Source: the human T2T-CHM13v2.0 reference genome, Homo sapiens. From it: a stretch of DNA of 64,000 nt. Below are positions 39,048-51,342 of the stretch, piece by piece. The translations under genes were made by a program, and so were the position numbers. A model generated the notes under the pieces. It was not told the origin of the DNA. It was given only the letters and a program-made list of their open reading frames with translations, and ran no database searches. How positions within the stretch are numbered: the first letter of the stretch is position 1; every line of letters starts with the position of its first letter. Where the stretch lies: the NCBI RefSeq assembly GCF_009914755.1, contig NC_060940.1; one strand, written 5' to 3'.

Positions 39048-39804
39048 TGAGGACTAAGCTCTGATTTTTATTTTATCTTGCCCAAATTCCTATCTAAGGG
39101 GTCTGGGGAGTCATGCCCTACAAACCATGAATTCTCATCAGATGGGTTTTATTTAACCCTGTATATTGTAATTTACTTTCCAATCTGACTCTGGCATAAC
39201 AAGGAAGAAAATCAAAATGTTTTACCCCAGAATATATTTCCTTGCCATACCTTGAAATTGTCCTGCAAAGTCTCTCGTAAGAAAAATCCACATTCTCTAG
39301 AGAATCCCTTTTCCCCTTTGTTTTTTTTCCCCTTCCTTTCCAGATCCAGGAGACAATCAACTAAGAGCTAGGCACCCTTTTAGGTCCGATAAGAAACATT
39401 TTACAACCTGCCCTCTCTGAAGTCTGCTATCTGAGAGCTTCCTCCTCACAATAAAACTTGGTTTCCACAGTCCTTTATCTTAACCTGAACATTTCCTTTG
39501 ATTCCAGATCTTCAGATAAACTCAACCAATTGTCAACCAGAAAATGTTTAAATTTACCTATAGCCTAGAAGCCTCCACATTTTTTCCCACCTTTCTGAAC
39601 AAAACCAATGTATTTCTTAAATGTATTTGATGTCTCATGCCTCCCTAAAATATATAAAACCAAGCTTTACAACGAACACCTTGGGCACATGTTCTCAGGA
39701 CCTCCTGAGGACTGTGTCACGGGCCATGAGCATATTTGGCTCATATTTGGCTCAGAATAAATCTCTAAAAATATTTAGACAGAGTTTGACTCTTTTCGTC
39801 AACA
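39048..39804 (+). mobile_element. ERV1 solo LTR, MER4 family (MER4E-like)
   Basis: TGAGGACTAAGCTCTGA start and CAGAGTTTGACTCTTTTCGTCAACA end, with TATA-like and AATAAA motifs; perfect 4-bp TSD GTTT (39044-39047, 39805-39808). Confidence 0.92.
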
Positions 39805-41383
39805 GTTTCTTTGCTTCTCATCCCCCAAACGGTCATTTTTTCTACTTAAAGTCTCCCATTGGGAGGTTGTTTACTTATAGACCCAACCCATACACGATTT
39901 CTTGGGAAATACCAGGTAAATGTAAAAATGTACAGACCTCAAAGAGTGATGAAGTCATAAAACAGAAACCCTTCAATGTTTGAAAATAGTTTTATAAGAG
40001 TGAACAGTCTATCGACTCACCATTATGCCACCAAAGCAATATGTAAATGTGTATCTTATTTCCCAGTGCTGCTTAGAAGCCACAGAAAGAAGGAGGTGCC
40101 CATATTAAAGAAAGGATTCATTGAATGACTTCCTGAAGAGTCGGATGAGCCACATCCCATTTAGCAGATAGAGAAATTCAGGGTCATGTCTGAGTCTGTA
40201 GGCCTCCACTAGATCTTCTCATTTGATCAGATCAAGTCTCCTGAGCATTTTAATATTGAGAACATTTGCAGTCCTCGTTGGAGTAATTTCTGCTTTCCCA
40301 TTCCTTGGGGCTTGGCAAGAAGAAGTCACCTGATTTTTACAACTTCGTGGCATTTTCCCAATCATGAAAATGCCCTCATGTTTCTCACTCATACAACAAA
40401 CAAAGGCAAGAAAGCAAATCCATCTGCAGAATAGTGCCATATGAAGCTAGATTAAAATGCTAACGGGTGAGCATGCACAGAGAAAACAGCACACTGCCGA
40501 GGGTTAAAGAAACATGGATTTCATCCAGAAAGGCCCTTTGCACCACAGTCTCTACTACCCAGCTCTGTCTGAGGGGCTGGAGACAAAGAAAGTAAGACAG
40601 AAGTGGATACCAAACTTTTATGCCTCCTAGTCCCAGTTATAGCTCCTTTCAACACTTTGGTTTGTTTTTTCTTGGAATGAGGCTATGTAAACCCTGAAGA
40701 AACAGCGCCTGGCAATGCTTTCTCACAGAAATTTCCCCCCTTATATTTCTTCCCCCTCCAACCCTTTATGTAATAGAACTACTTTGGTATAGACAATAGG
40801 TTGCAATTATCCTTCGGAACTGAGCAAGGAAAGAATGCACCAAGATGGGCACGGGAGCAAAACTAAACACATACCCTTAAAATACTAAGCAGAATGCATG
40901 CCTCTGATATTCTCATCACTCCTGAGCCAAATTATTTAGTTTATAGCTATTAGATGCATCAGGACAGTTCTTCTGATCCCTGTGCTATTCCTTGGGTATC
41001 GAATTTAGCAACAACATATTGGTGAATTAATTTCAAAGATCTTTGGGAGAAAACAGAATTGAATCCAGTGAACTCAGGGATGAATAATATCCCTGAATTT
41101 GGAAATGAAATGTGTTTCCATTAAGAAATTGCTTCAGAAATGAAGTAGAACAAGATACATAAATTCCAAGTATCTCTCTTAACAGAAAGACTTGAGAAAT
41201 GTGTTTAAAGAAACATATTAATTATCTGTAGCTATTCTAAATGCTTCTAAAAACAAACAAACAAAATGTCTATGCATTGTGCCATTGTGTGTTTATTGAG
41301 TAAGCCCAAGCTCTTACTTAGTGTGCATTGATTCTTTGGTTGCCATGGCAGAGGGAATGGTTTCTGTGATATGACAGCAGTTG

Positions 41384-41525
41384 CCATATGTTCAGCTTCA
41401 AGCCAACTGATTCCATCACAAAAAGAAAAGAGAAAAGAAGGAGATGTGCAGCCTCACCTATTCCAAGGGTCCTAATAGGACCAAGTTGTCATATAAGCTT
41501 CTGTTCCGGGCCTGACAGTGAATAC
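41384..41525. repeat. local dispersed duplication, copy A (142 bp)
   Basis: Ungapped alignment to 43365-43506, 120/142 identical by hand count. Confidence 0.95.
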
Positions 41526-42399
41526 ATGCCATAGCCATGTCCTTTATGCAACATATTTGCAAAAGATTTTTACATGGAAGCCACTACTCCAGTATCCCAA
41601 TCAGCATCTAACTCAGATACAGTCTTCTATAAGTTAAAACATGGCCTATGAAGCGATTTTTTAAAAGATTTGTAGTCAAGAAGAGACACATTCTTTGGGG
41701 GAGGATGAGGCAACTGGAGTCGCCAATGACCTTAGAGAGCTGGAACTTGAGACACACAGAGGGAATGTGTGAATTCTAGGATCACCAATGGAATCAATAA
41801 GCTTTTACCTGTAGGGGATAAATCCTGGAAGAATTCTAGAGTTTGAAACTGTCTGGACCATTTGAAGCAGCATCTCAGAGGGTGAGTTGGGCATATTCTT
41901 GCCCAACTCTCTCTCTCCATAAATAATTCCAGGCTGAGTGTTTCATGGTCTGACTCATTGTGACTATCATGTATGTGGTTATGTTGCCAATTAGGATGCC
42001 AATATTCCCACTGTCAGAGCACTAATGAGTGTTTTTAGTATTCAAGAGATTACTTTTTGGTATTCTTCCAAGGTCCTGTGAGTAAGTTGGCTATTCACTG
42101 ATAGAGAAATTTATTTTTTTCTGGAACTTTATGGTATGCATTATTAAATCCTTGCTACAACAATCTAAATGATCCTTGAGGGAGTCAGAGCCCTTCCAAC
42201 TGCAAGCAAAGGACTTTTGATGTTGAGATATGGCCCCAATGGTGCTCTTCAGTAATTCCTATTTTCTTTACTATGGAAACCTGTAAGAATATCCAAACTA
42301 GCAGACTTAAGCTAGGCAATCTACACTAATAATGGTTTTGTCTTTACCATGGTTAAATTGTGTAAAAGTTGCAGATGGCAACGCTGAGCACTTTGTACA

Positions 42400-43080
42400 T
42401 ATACACAATAACAGGGCTGTCATTCTTTTATCAGGTCACCAAATCAACCAGACAGCCCACTCCACATATGGGCAAATGGCTTGAAGAGACACATTACCAA
42501 AGAATTCCCAACAGTCAAAATGTGTTTAATCTTATCCACATACATATCTCAACATATCTTAATATCCATATCCATATCTCAATAAATCAAAAATGTGTTT
42601 AATCTTATCCATATCCAGAGAAATGCAAATTAAAACTATAGAAGGATACCACTATGCACCCACCAGTTTGGCTCAAATTTAAAAGTTCAGCAACATCAAG
42701 TATTACTAAAGATGTGGGGAATTCAGAGCTCTCATATGCTGCTGGTAGGAATAAAAGTTGCTGCCGACACTTTGGAAAACAGTTGCGCATTATCCAATAA
42801 AATTAAAGAAATGCAAAAATTCTTACCTAACAATTATACCCTAAGGTGTGTGTACAACTGTCTATTTACACCAATGAGGATGCTCCCAGCACCATAGCTT
42901 GTAATAGCCCCAAACAGAAATTTCCCAAATGCCTATCAGTATTATTGACAATTGGCCCAAAAATCCATTTATCATCATTGAAAATGAACAAACTCCAGTT
43001 ACACTTAAGGACATAGTAAACTTGATAGGGTAGGGAGAGAGTTGCTATCAAGAAGAGTAGGCAGTTGGTGGCCACACAGA
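42400..43080 (+). mobile_element. old L1 (L1ME-like) 3' fragment
   Basis: cagagaaatgcaaattaaaacta..gctgctggtaggaa..cactttggaaaacagtt..tgtaatagccccaaac. Confidence 0.8.
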
Positions 43081-43228
43081 TTTTTATTTGTTATGTGTAC
43101 GTATAAGTTTATATCTGGATTTCATTTTGTTTGGTCTGGCGACAGTATTTGTATTGTCTGCCATAGTGAATGAAGTATTGGACATCTAACTGTTCTTATC
43201 AACCAGATCGTAAGCTCTTGAAGAAGAA

Positions 43229-43277
<49 letters not shown>

Positions 43278-43300
43278 TATATATATACACATATACATAT
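43229..43300 (+). repeat. compound (TA)/(TG)16/(TA) microsatellite
   Basis: Directly visible. Confidence 0.95.
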
Positions 43301-43364
43301 TTCAATTTACTCTCCAGTAAGTTATATTTTCCAGTTTAAAAGAAAAATCAGTATCCAACAGGGA

Positions 43365-43506
43365 CCATATGTTCAGCTTCAAGTCAACTGATTCCATAGC
43401 AAAAAGAGAAGAGAGCAGAAGTTGCTGTGCAGCCCTACCTATTCCAAGGGTCGTATTAGCACCAAATTGTCATATGGGCCTCTGTTATGGACCTGATAGT
43501 GAATAC
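43365..43506. repeat. local dispersed duplication, copy B (142 bp)
   Basis: Ungapped alignment to 41384-41525 at offset 1981. Confidence 0.95.
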
Positions 43507-44859
43507 TTCTTGTGATAGTTTTCACTTCTTGTGAAAACTTTAACTAAAAATTTGGAATGTAATTCAAATAAATCTCAGTAGACACATAGGAATGTAGTTT
43601 TCATTTATCTATTCCAACCCTTATTGGATCTGCTTGTTTGTGTACCTAACAATTCTTTGGGGTAATGAGTGTCACAGAGACACATGTAAAGAAAAATTGA
43701 CCAAAAGACAGTTCCGAGAGCTAGGGTTCTTTAGAGAGGTAAAGAAGAAGAGAAATGTTATTGCATCCTTCTTCTGTGAGGTGGCAGTAACTCGAGAGTA
43801 GAGGATCCTCGTCAAACCATGTGTTTCCTCTGATGAAGTCTTGTTATGATAATTATTATCACTCCAGAGATGTTGATAATTATATTTAGACAGTTTTTAA
43901 AGCAATATTGTATAATATTTTTCCCCATTTAACACCAGCATCAGAGCTGATGAATACTCAGTCAGAAGAAATGCAGGCCTGCAGGTTTGTCCACAAAGTG
44001 TTCCCATCAACCGTGTAAGTGAGTTTGATAATTTATACATTATATTAGGGGGGAAACACACTCTTTTGCAAAGGACTGGTTCTTGGCGCATAATCAGTTC
44101 CCATTGAATTTAAATGACTTTTGGTCCTACACCAATGCTGATAAAATACTTTCAAATGTACAGAATATTAACCAAATGTTTATATTAAACAACTCCTTTC
44201 AGGTGAAAATGCGCTCGGCGAAGCATAGCTCCCTGGAGCAAGTTAGTGAATATTAATGTTTAGCACATTATAAGGCTCTACAAGTACTCTGATGTTGGAG
44301 GCCAAGGGGGAGATAAACGAGCAAGGTTGGTGCGTGGGCCCTGCCAGGGGAAGGTACAATCACATTGGACATAACCTCACCGAGATGGAAATGGAGGTTG
44401 AAATACATGCAATAGGGGCTGCTAGGAACTAGGAGGCAGATATGGACTGAGAAGGAGAGTACCAGGCTCTCCTGCGTGTTCCCCACTCAATTCCCCCGAA
44501 GACCTAGTCTGGTTTCAGACCTGCCCAGGGTCCCATCAGCAGAGAGATTTATGGGGCATGCCTCATAATTAATACCAGCCAATTTCCAGTTAATCATGGC
44601 CCTCGATTTCAGGTAAGTGAAGGCTGCTTATCATGAGAAGCATTCGGACTTAGTTAAGTGCTACAGTATTTCAAATCTGCCAAAGCACACCGGCCATTTC
44701 CAATGATCATTGTTTATCTGCAGGTTTCAGGAAATCATATAAATATGCAACTCACAGTGCATATACACATATTTCAGGGGGGAAGACAGCTGTTATCAAC
44801 CAGGCTGAAGGTCAAAACGAAAATTCTTTTGCATATCTCTTGGTGGGTAAAAGGCCAGA

Positions 44860-45050
44860 CTGGGGACCTTGAGACCCAGGGACAATGCCCAGCTCTGAAT
44901 AGGACATCGGTGGTATTTCAGTGAGCTAGCTCACATCTTCACTTCTGTTCCTCCATCCATAAAATGAGGATATGAATATTTCAGGTAACCAAGGTGAAGT
45001 GCTTTAAACAGCTTGGAAGACCAATGCTAAATAAGCATATGGTATTATTT
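44860..45050 (+). mobile_element. MIR SINE
   Basis: cccagctctg..ttctgttcctccatccataaaatgaggata..gtgaagtgcttt. Confidence 0.55.
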
Positions 45051-45425
45051 TTTAGTCTTGTGTTAATAATACTTTAGAATTCAATGCATGTTCAACATTT
45101 TGTTGTTGTGGTTATAGTTTAATTTTATATTTTAGTAGCTACTTTTAAAATTAGTAAGGCTAAATCTTCTCAGATTTATTGAAGTTCCAAATGAATAATG
45201 ATAAAGGGAAACCAAAGTTATTATTCCCATTTTACAGATAAAATAATATCAGGCCTGAAAAATCTCTCTCTAGAAGATGTTGTATGCATCTTATAGCCTC
45301 TGGAATGGCTCTCATATAAATCATCCTAAAATATTGGTTCTAATTTTCAAACACTATTTTCAGAAAAGCAGAGTACAGAATTTTCCATAAAATTCAATTC
45401 TAACCTCTCTACCTGTATCCATATC

Positions 45426-45701
45426 TTTTTTTTTTTTTTTTTTTTTTGAGACTGAGTCTCACTCTGTTGCCCAGGCTGGAGTGCAATGGTACGATCTTGG
45501 CTCACTGCAACCTCCATCTCCCAGATTCAAGTGATTCTCCCTGCCTCAGCCTTCTGAGTAGCTGAGATTACAAGCACCCACCACCACACCCAGCTAATTT
45601 TTGTATTTTTACTAGAGACATGAATTCGCCATGTTGACCAGGCTGGTCTCGAACTCCTGACCTAGGGTGATCCGCACAGGCGTGAGCCACCGCACCTGGC
45701 C
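45426..45701 (-). mobile_element. AluS with ~30-bp left-arm deletion
   Basis: Antisense Alu with poly(T) tail; gtgatccgc joined directly to acaggcgtgagcc; short TSD CATATCT. Confidence 0.95.
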
Positions 45702-46171
45702 TCATATCTATTGAAGACTTGTAAACTTGCAGATCCTGACACCATAGAACCTGGTCACACAGTAGCCATGCTTGGCACATGAAATAAATGTTAGGGCCTA
45801 GAGAGGGTAAGTGACCAGCTCAAAATCAACACAGCTAGGACCTGAGCCAGGATTACAACCCCCATTCGAGTGTCTTCCTTACTATGTTAAACCCCGTAGA
45901 GTTTGTTCTCAATCAAGAATCCACCATGGCTTCATGCTTTGCTTGATTGCAAGGCAGACACAGGACAACCTTCAGCAAATTCTGATTGAGTAGCAATGTG
46001 AAAGCTGGAGTAGAAAAACAAATAAGTATAAGATATTCTCCCTTCTTCTTAAAGAGTTTACAACTTGGTTGAGAAAAATGTTAGGTGTTCAATACTTCAT
46101 TCACTATGGGAGACATTACAAATACTGTCACCAGGCCAAACAAAATGAAATCCAAACATGTGGGAGTAGAC

Positions 46172-46400
46172 TAGTGATTTCCAATGTATGTTTTGAAAAA
46201 TAGTCCCACAAGATTGGCCATGCCTAAGTAAGTAAGTAAATAAAAGTATAAATACCTTTTATGATTAAATAAGTTTGAGGCATCACACACATTGTAGAGT
46301 CACAAGACGCAAATGGATTCAAGTGCTCTGAGATGTCCCACAGTAAAGGAACCTATTGAATAATTTCCAGTTTTGTGTTTCTCAGACTCATAAAGCCTTT
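46172..46400. mobile_element. hAT-Charlie (Charlie4-like) fragment
   Basis: aaataagtttg..gctctgagatgtcccacagtaaaggaacct; opposite orientation to the 14380 element. Confidence 0.5.
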
Positions 46401-46631
46401 TCAAAGCTTTCAATTGACTTGGCCTTTTCTTACTTCATCTATGGAATTCTAACCTCTAACTGAAAGTGTAACTATAATTTTATGTGCTTCATGTCCTGGT
46501 CATCTTTTAATCATTGGCTCTTAATACAATGTCTAGCATGTGGTCCCTTGCATCTATTTGTTGAATGAATACATAGCCTGCTTGGTGCTGTGATGGAGAA
46601 CAGGATCACTAAGTCATGTTCTTTGTCCTCT

Positions 46632-46795
46632 AGGACGGCTCTCTCAAATGTTACTGTCTATATGAATCCACCTTGGGATATTAGTAAAATGAGTTTCTGA
46701 TACAGAAGATCTAGAAAGCGCCTGAAATGCTGATATTCTGTCTCCCAGGTAAAACCAATATTCCCAGCCCCAGGGTCACTCTTTAAGGCCATAGT
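46632..46795. mobile_element. MER5A-like MITE
   Basis: tctcaaa..gaatccacc..gtaaaatg..ttctgat..ctcccaggt. Confidence 0.55.
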
Positions 46796-46875
46796 AGATA
46801 TGAGCTCTCACTCTAGCAAGAGATGTATGCCATGAAAAGATGTGACACTTGTCACCATAGTTCAGGAGCAGTTCT

Positions 46876-47490
<615 letters not shown>

Positions 47491-47498
47491 CTGAATTG

Positions 47499-47903
47499 TG
47501 TTATGGTTTGGATATTTGTCCCCTCCAAATATCACATTGAAATTTGATCCCCAGTGTTAGAGATGGGACATAATGGGAGGTGTTTGGGCCATGGGGGTGG
47601 ATCCCTCATTAATGACTTGGTGTGGTCCCTGTGGTAATGAGGGAATCCTTACTTCTTTAGTTCATGAGAGAGCTGAGTGTTTATAAGAGCATGGCATCCC
47701 TTTCCTCTCTCTCTTGCTCCCTCTCTCACCATGCTACACACCGGCTCCTCTTCCTCCTCTACCATGATTGGAAGCTTCCTAAGGTCCTCACCAGAAGCAG
47801 ATGCTGGTGCCTTGCTTCTAATACAGCCATACAGAACCATTTTTCTTTATAAATTACCCAGCCTCAGGTATTCCTTCATAGCAACACAAAATGAACTAAG
47901 ACA
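47499..47903 (+). mobile_element. MaLR solo LTR, MSTB-like
   Basis: TGTTATGGTTTGGATATTTGTCCCCTCCAAA..CCAGAAGCAGATGCTGG..AAATTACCCAGCCTCAGGTATTCC..ACTAAGACA. Confidence 0.92.
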
Positions 47904-48799
47904 GCATTGCATTTTAAAAGTCCAAATGTTGAATAGTAGAATTCCAGAAATAATAAACTGGCAGGAAAGAAACTTTGATAAGTGGGTAGAAATCTTCTTG
48001 CTGCCCTTTCATGAAGCCATGTGGCCTGCATGGACACTATCTGCTCCTGGATTTAGCCCTGCTTTCAAATTTTAATGGGATGTCAGTGAGGTTTTCAAAA
48101 TGATTGATAAGACATAATCAACCCCTTTCACTGGTTGAAGATTATGCTGTTTTTAAAAAGCACTTAGCATTTCAAGGGTTGTTTTATAGGCATCTGCACA
48201 AACCTATGAAGCAACAAACTTTATTTAGCAGTTATCGACAGACTACTACTGCTTACAGGGTTGTATTCTTCCATTCTGTTTCAGATTTTAGCCCAGCTGT
48301 TCTGGGATCTTTTATTTCAAAAACTGGAAAACCAGGGCTATTAATAGAGTCAGGCAGCTAATTTAAATCTGATAATGTGCTGACACTTGGCTGCATACTT
48401 CAGCACAGATGCCCATGTGTGCAATGTGTATTTATTTCTGTACAAATGTGTACATGCATATGTATAAATAACAGCAAATACTATGAAGTCAACACTTATT
48501 ATTTAACAGGACCACCTGGGAGTTATCCTGTGCCTCATAAATAGAACACTATTTGACATGTAAAAATCTTCTACAAGGTGATTGAAGCCTGCAGGTTTAA
48601 GGGTCAGAGTTATTATAAGTGGGAGCATTACAGACACACACAGTACTTCTTCTGGATGGAAGAGAGACCCATAGAAGACCAGAACATTTTAGCTAAACTT
48701 TACTTTCCTCATATGCCTTATACTGTAACCAAATTACTTACTATTGTCCATACATAGTATATAGTTTTCTTCATCTTGCTTATGTTATTTTCTCTGTGA

Positions 48800-49000
48800 A
48801 TTAGATAAGAATCGGGGCTTTAAAATTAGCTTTGGGTTCAAGTTTCAGCTTTGCCAAATTCTAGCTATGCGATTTGGAGCAAATTACTTACTAAACCAAG
48901 TCTGGCCTCTCATCTGTACAATGGAGCCATTCATTTTATTTACATTGAAGGGCTTTTATGAGGATCAAATGAGATAATGCAAGTAAACACTCAGCACAAT
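48800..49000 (+). mobile_element. MIR SINE
   Basis: tgggttcaag..ctagctatgcgatttggagcaaattactta..ctcatctgtacaatggag..atgaggatcaaatgagataatgc. Confidence 0.8.
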
Positions 49001-49189
49001 GTACAAATCTGATTCATGGTGACAGAAATCAGAGTGTTTTTCTGGAGTGAAGGGTCATGAGGTTTCACTTGGATAGGGACATAAGGAAACTAAAGCAATA
49101 AATATCTTGTATCTTAATGGGGGTGGTGGTTACACAGATATATTTTCCCCATCTAATATATAGGTGTGATGATGATGGTGGTGGTTATT

Positions 49190-49465
49190 ATTATTATTCT
49201 CCCATCTCCATATCTAAATGCTATTTATTTTTCAAAGTTTAGCTCAGGAACCATTTTTTTTTTCATGTAGTTTTCACAGTCTCCGTAATTGGAAGAGATC
49301 TCTTTTACTTTGAACTTATTCTTTGCATTTCTAAGATACAGTCTTCCTGGTGTTAAGATTTAGCTCTTTGTATGTGTCTCTTACCTCCACTAGCTTGCCT
49401 GTCCTTGGTAAGGTGTCTCTGGATGGTCTTGGAATCCTGCATAGTATCTAGTAGAGATCTATTTA
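49190..49465 (+). mobile_element. L2 3' fragment
   Basis: tttcaaagtttagctcag..tgtatgtgtctc..cactag..catagtatctag. Confidence 0.5.
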
Positions 49466-50870
49466 CTCTTTATCCTCCCATTAAATCATTGTGCAAAGGG
49501 TGAATTCAGTGTAACCCTACATAGAACTGCCTTGAACTTCATTCTAGTACCTCAATACATCCAAAGCCTTCTCCAGGGTTTCCACAAGCAAAGTTTCCTC
49601 CTGGCTTTGGCTATAATTTCCATGTATGTTGACTCTGTTACCTTCATCCAGTCATAAAATTCTATGCTACTTTTTATAATTTACACAAGCACATATATTC
49701 ACCTTAGGCACGTACGTGCGAAACAGACTTTACTGAAGAGGTGGAGAGTAGGGTTGCAAAGATGTGGGACTCATGCCACAGCAGTGCCAAGAGCAATGAG
49801 CAAAGCCAGCCTGTTCTCACACATCTCCCAGCCTCTCTGCCACCAGAGGCTTTATGTAGCTCTTCAGCCTTGTGCTGCACCCAGATTTCCACCATCACCC
49901 TGTCTCTTCTCTGTTCCTCTTTGTCTTTTCTCCTTCCTCTCAGGAACAGAAACAAATTCCTTTCTTTGTTGCAGGTGGAGGAGTTCAGCTATTACCTTGA
50001 CTTTGCCGAAGTCCTAGGCACTCCCATGCCCTCAGAGTCTCATTTTGAATCCAGGCACTTAGGGATGCTATTTTTCCACATCAAACAGCTTCCTCCCAGC
50101 CAAAGAATTCTGGTGACAGTAGTGAAGATAATTTTCACTCCTGCTTACAGAATGACAAAGCAAAAGCAAAGAGGAGAAGAATGAAGTAAAGACAACCAAA
50201 GGAAAAGACTGATGGCTCCTTAAGAATGATCTTGATAAAGGAATGGTGGCTGAGGGGTCCATCTCCTAAACCACCCACCTTACTGACTCCCTAGAGCAAT
50301 GCCATACAGAGAGCTGCACCTTGAGGGGAAGACACAAGAATCCTGGAGTGGAAAAAAATTGGGTAATGATGACAGCCTTCGAGGTCTTGAGAGTAAAGCA
50401 GAAGCAAAAAAAAAGTGTTATTTTTATCTTTTGAAGATGGTTCCCTCTTAAGACTTTTGCGAATGATTAAGATTTCAATTATGTTCCAGGAAAAAAATAA
50501 GATTTTTGCTTGACAAAAAAAATTTTTGTCTAGAACAGGTGGGAAGGAAGAGATAGTTTAGCCACATCCAAGAGACCTGTAAATTGGGTACAGTGAAGTG
50601 AATGGTGTACCAGTCATAAAAGAATGTTAACTGGAGAAGTCTCTGCTGTCTTCCTGTAACTGAGGGGGGTGTAACCATCCTTGTGGAAGCGTCCACTTTT
50701 ATTGAAGATTGGCTAAATAAATCTGTGCCTACTGAAACTCAAGCCATTTCAAATTGGTCTGTACTTATTTAATTTATTAAATCTTTAATACATAATATTG
50801 AGCACATATTATGTTATTGACACTGAGTACAATAGAGAATGCAGTCAGGAAATGAGGCAACCTTAAAGAC

Positions 50871-51050
50871 CAGAGGCTGTCAACCTTGACAGCATATTAG
50901 AATCACCTGGAGAAATTTTATGACCTTGATTCCTAAATCACACTTAAGGTCAATTAGTCAGAAGCTAGGGGTGGTACCTAGCCATAAGTAGTTTTTTTTG
51001 TATGTGTTTTTTGTTGCTGTTGTTTTTAATTGCAACTCAGTATTGAGAAA
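50871..51050. mobile_element. MER5B-like MITE
   Basis: tcaaccttgacagcatattagaatcacctggaga..ggggtgg..ttgagaa. Confidence 0.7.
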
Positions 51051-51269
51051 AAAAAAACATGGAGATAAGAGATGACTACATAGCCGTTCACTGTCATGAT
51101 GGAAGATTGTCTAACAAGCCTACCCAAAGACTATCTAATTCTTTAGGGGAATGTACCTTCATTTATTTTACTATTTAGTAGGATATTTACTTAGGATATT
51201 ACACAACTCTGTAAAAGCAGATGTTGCCTTGCAGAACAAACAGAGGCCCAAGCTTATTCAAATAGAATA

Positions 51270-51342
51270 GAGCTTGTGTTTGTGTAATTCTAACAAGTTC
51301 TTGGGTGATGCTGACACGTGCTGAAGTTTGACAACTATTGGA
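51270..51342. mobile_element. MER5A terminal fragment
   Basis: ttctaacaagttcttgggtgatgctgac..gctgaagtttgacaactattg. Confidence 0.6.

Noticed and set aside
41407-41457. Minus-strand GT..pyrimidine..AG mini-intron in the duplicated unit
   Set aside because: About 51 nt, below the normal minimum human intron size
41384-41525. Duplicated unit as an H/ACA snoRNA or pre-miRNA
   Set aside because: Length fits and a minus-strand terminal ACA exists, but a central minus-strand H box appears only in copy B and I see no conserved two-hairpin fold or compensatory changes; an Infernal/Rfam scan would settle it
49741-50184. 147-aa ORF as a single-exon gene
   Set aside because: GTG start and it reads through a polypyrimidine tract; kept only as a candidate exon from 49944/49975
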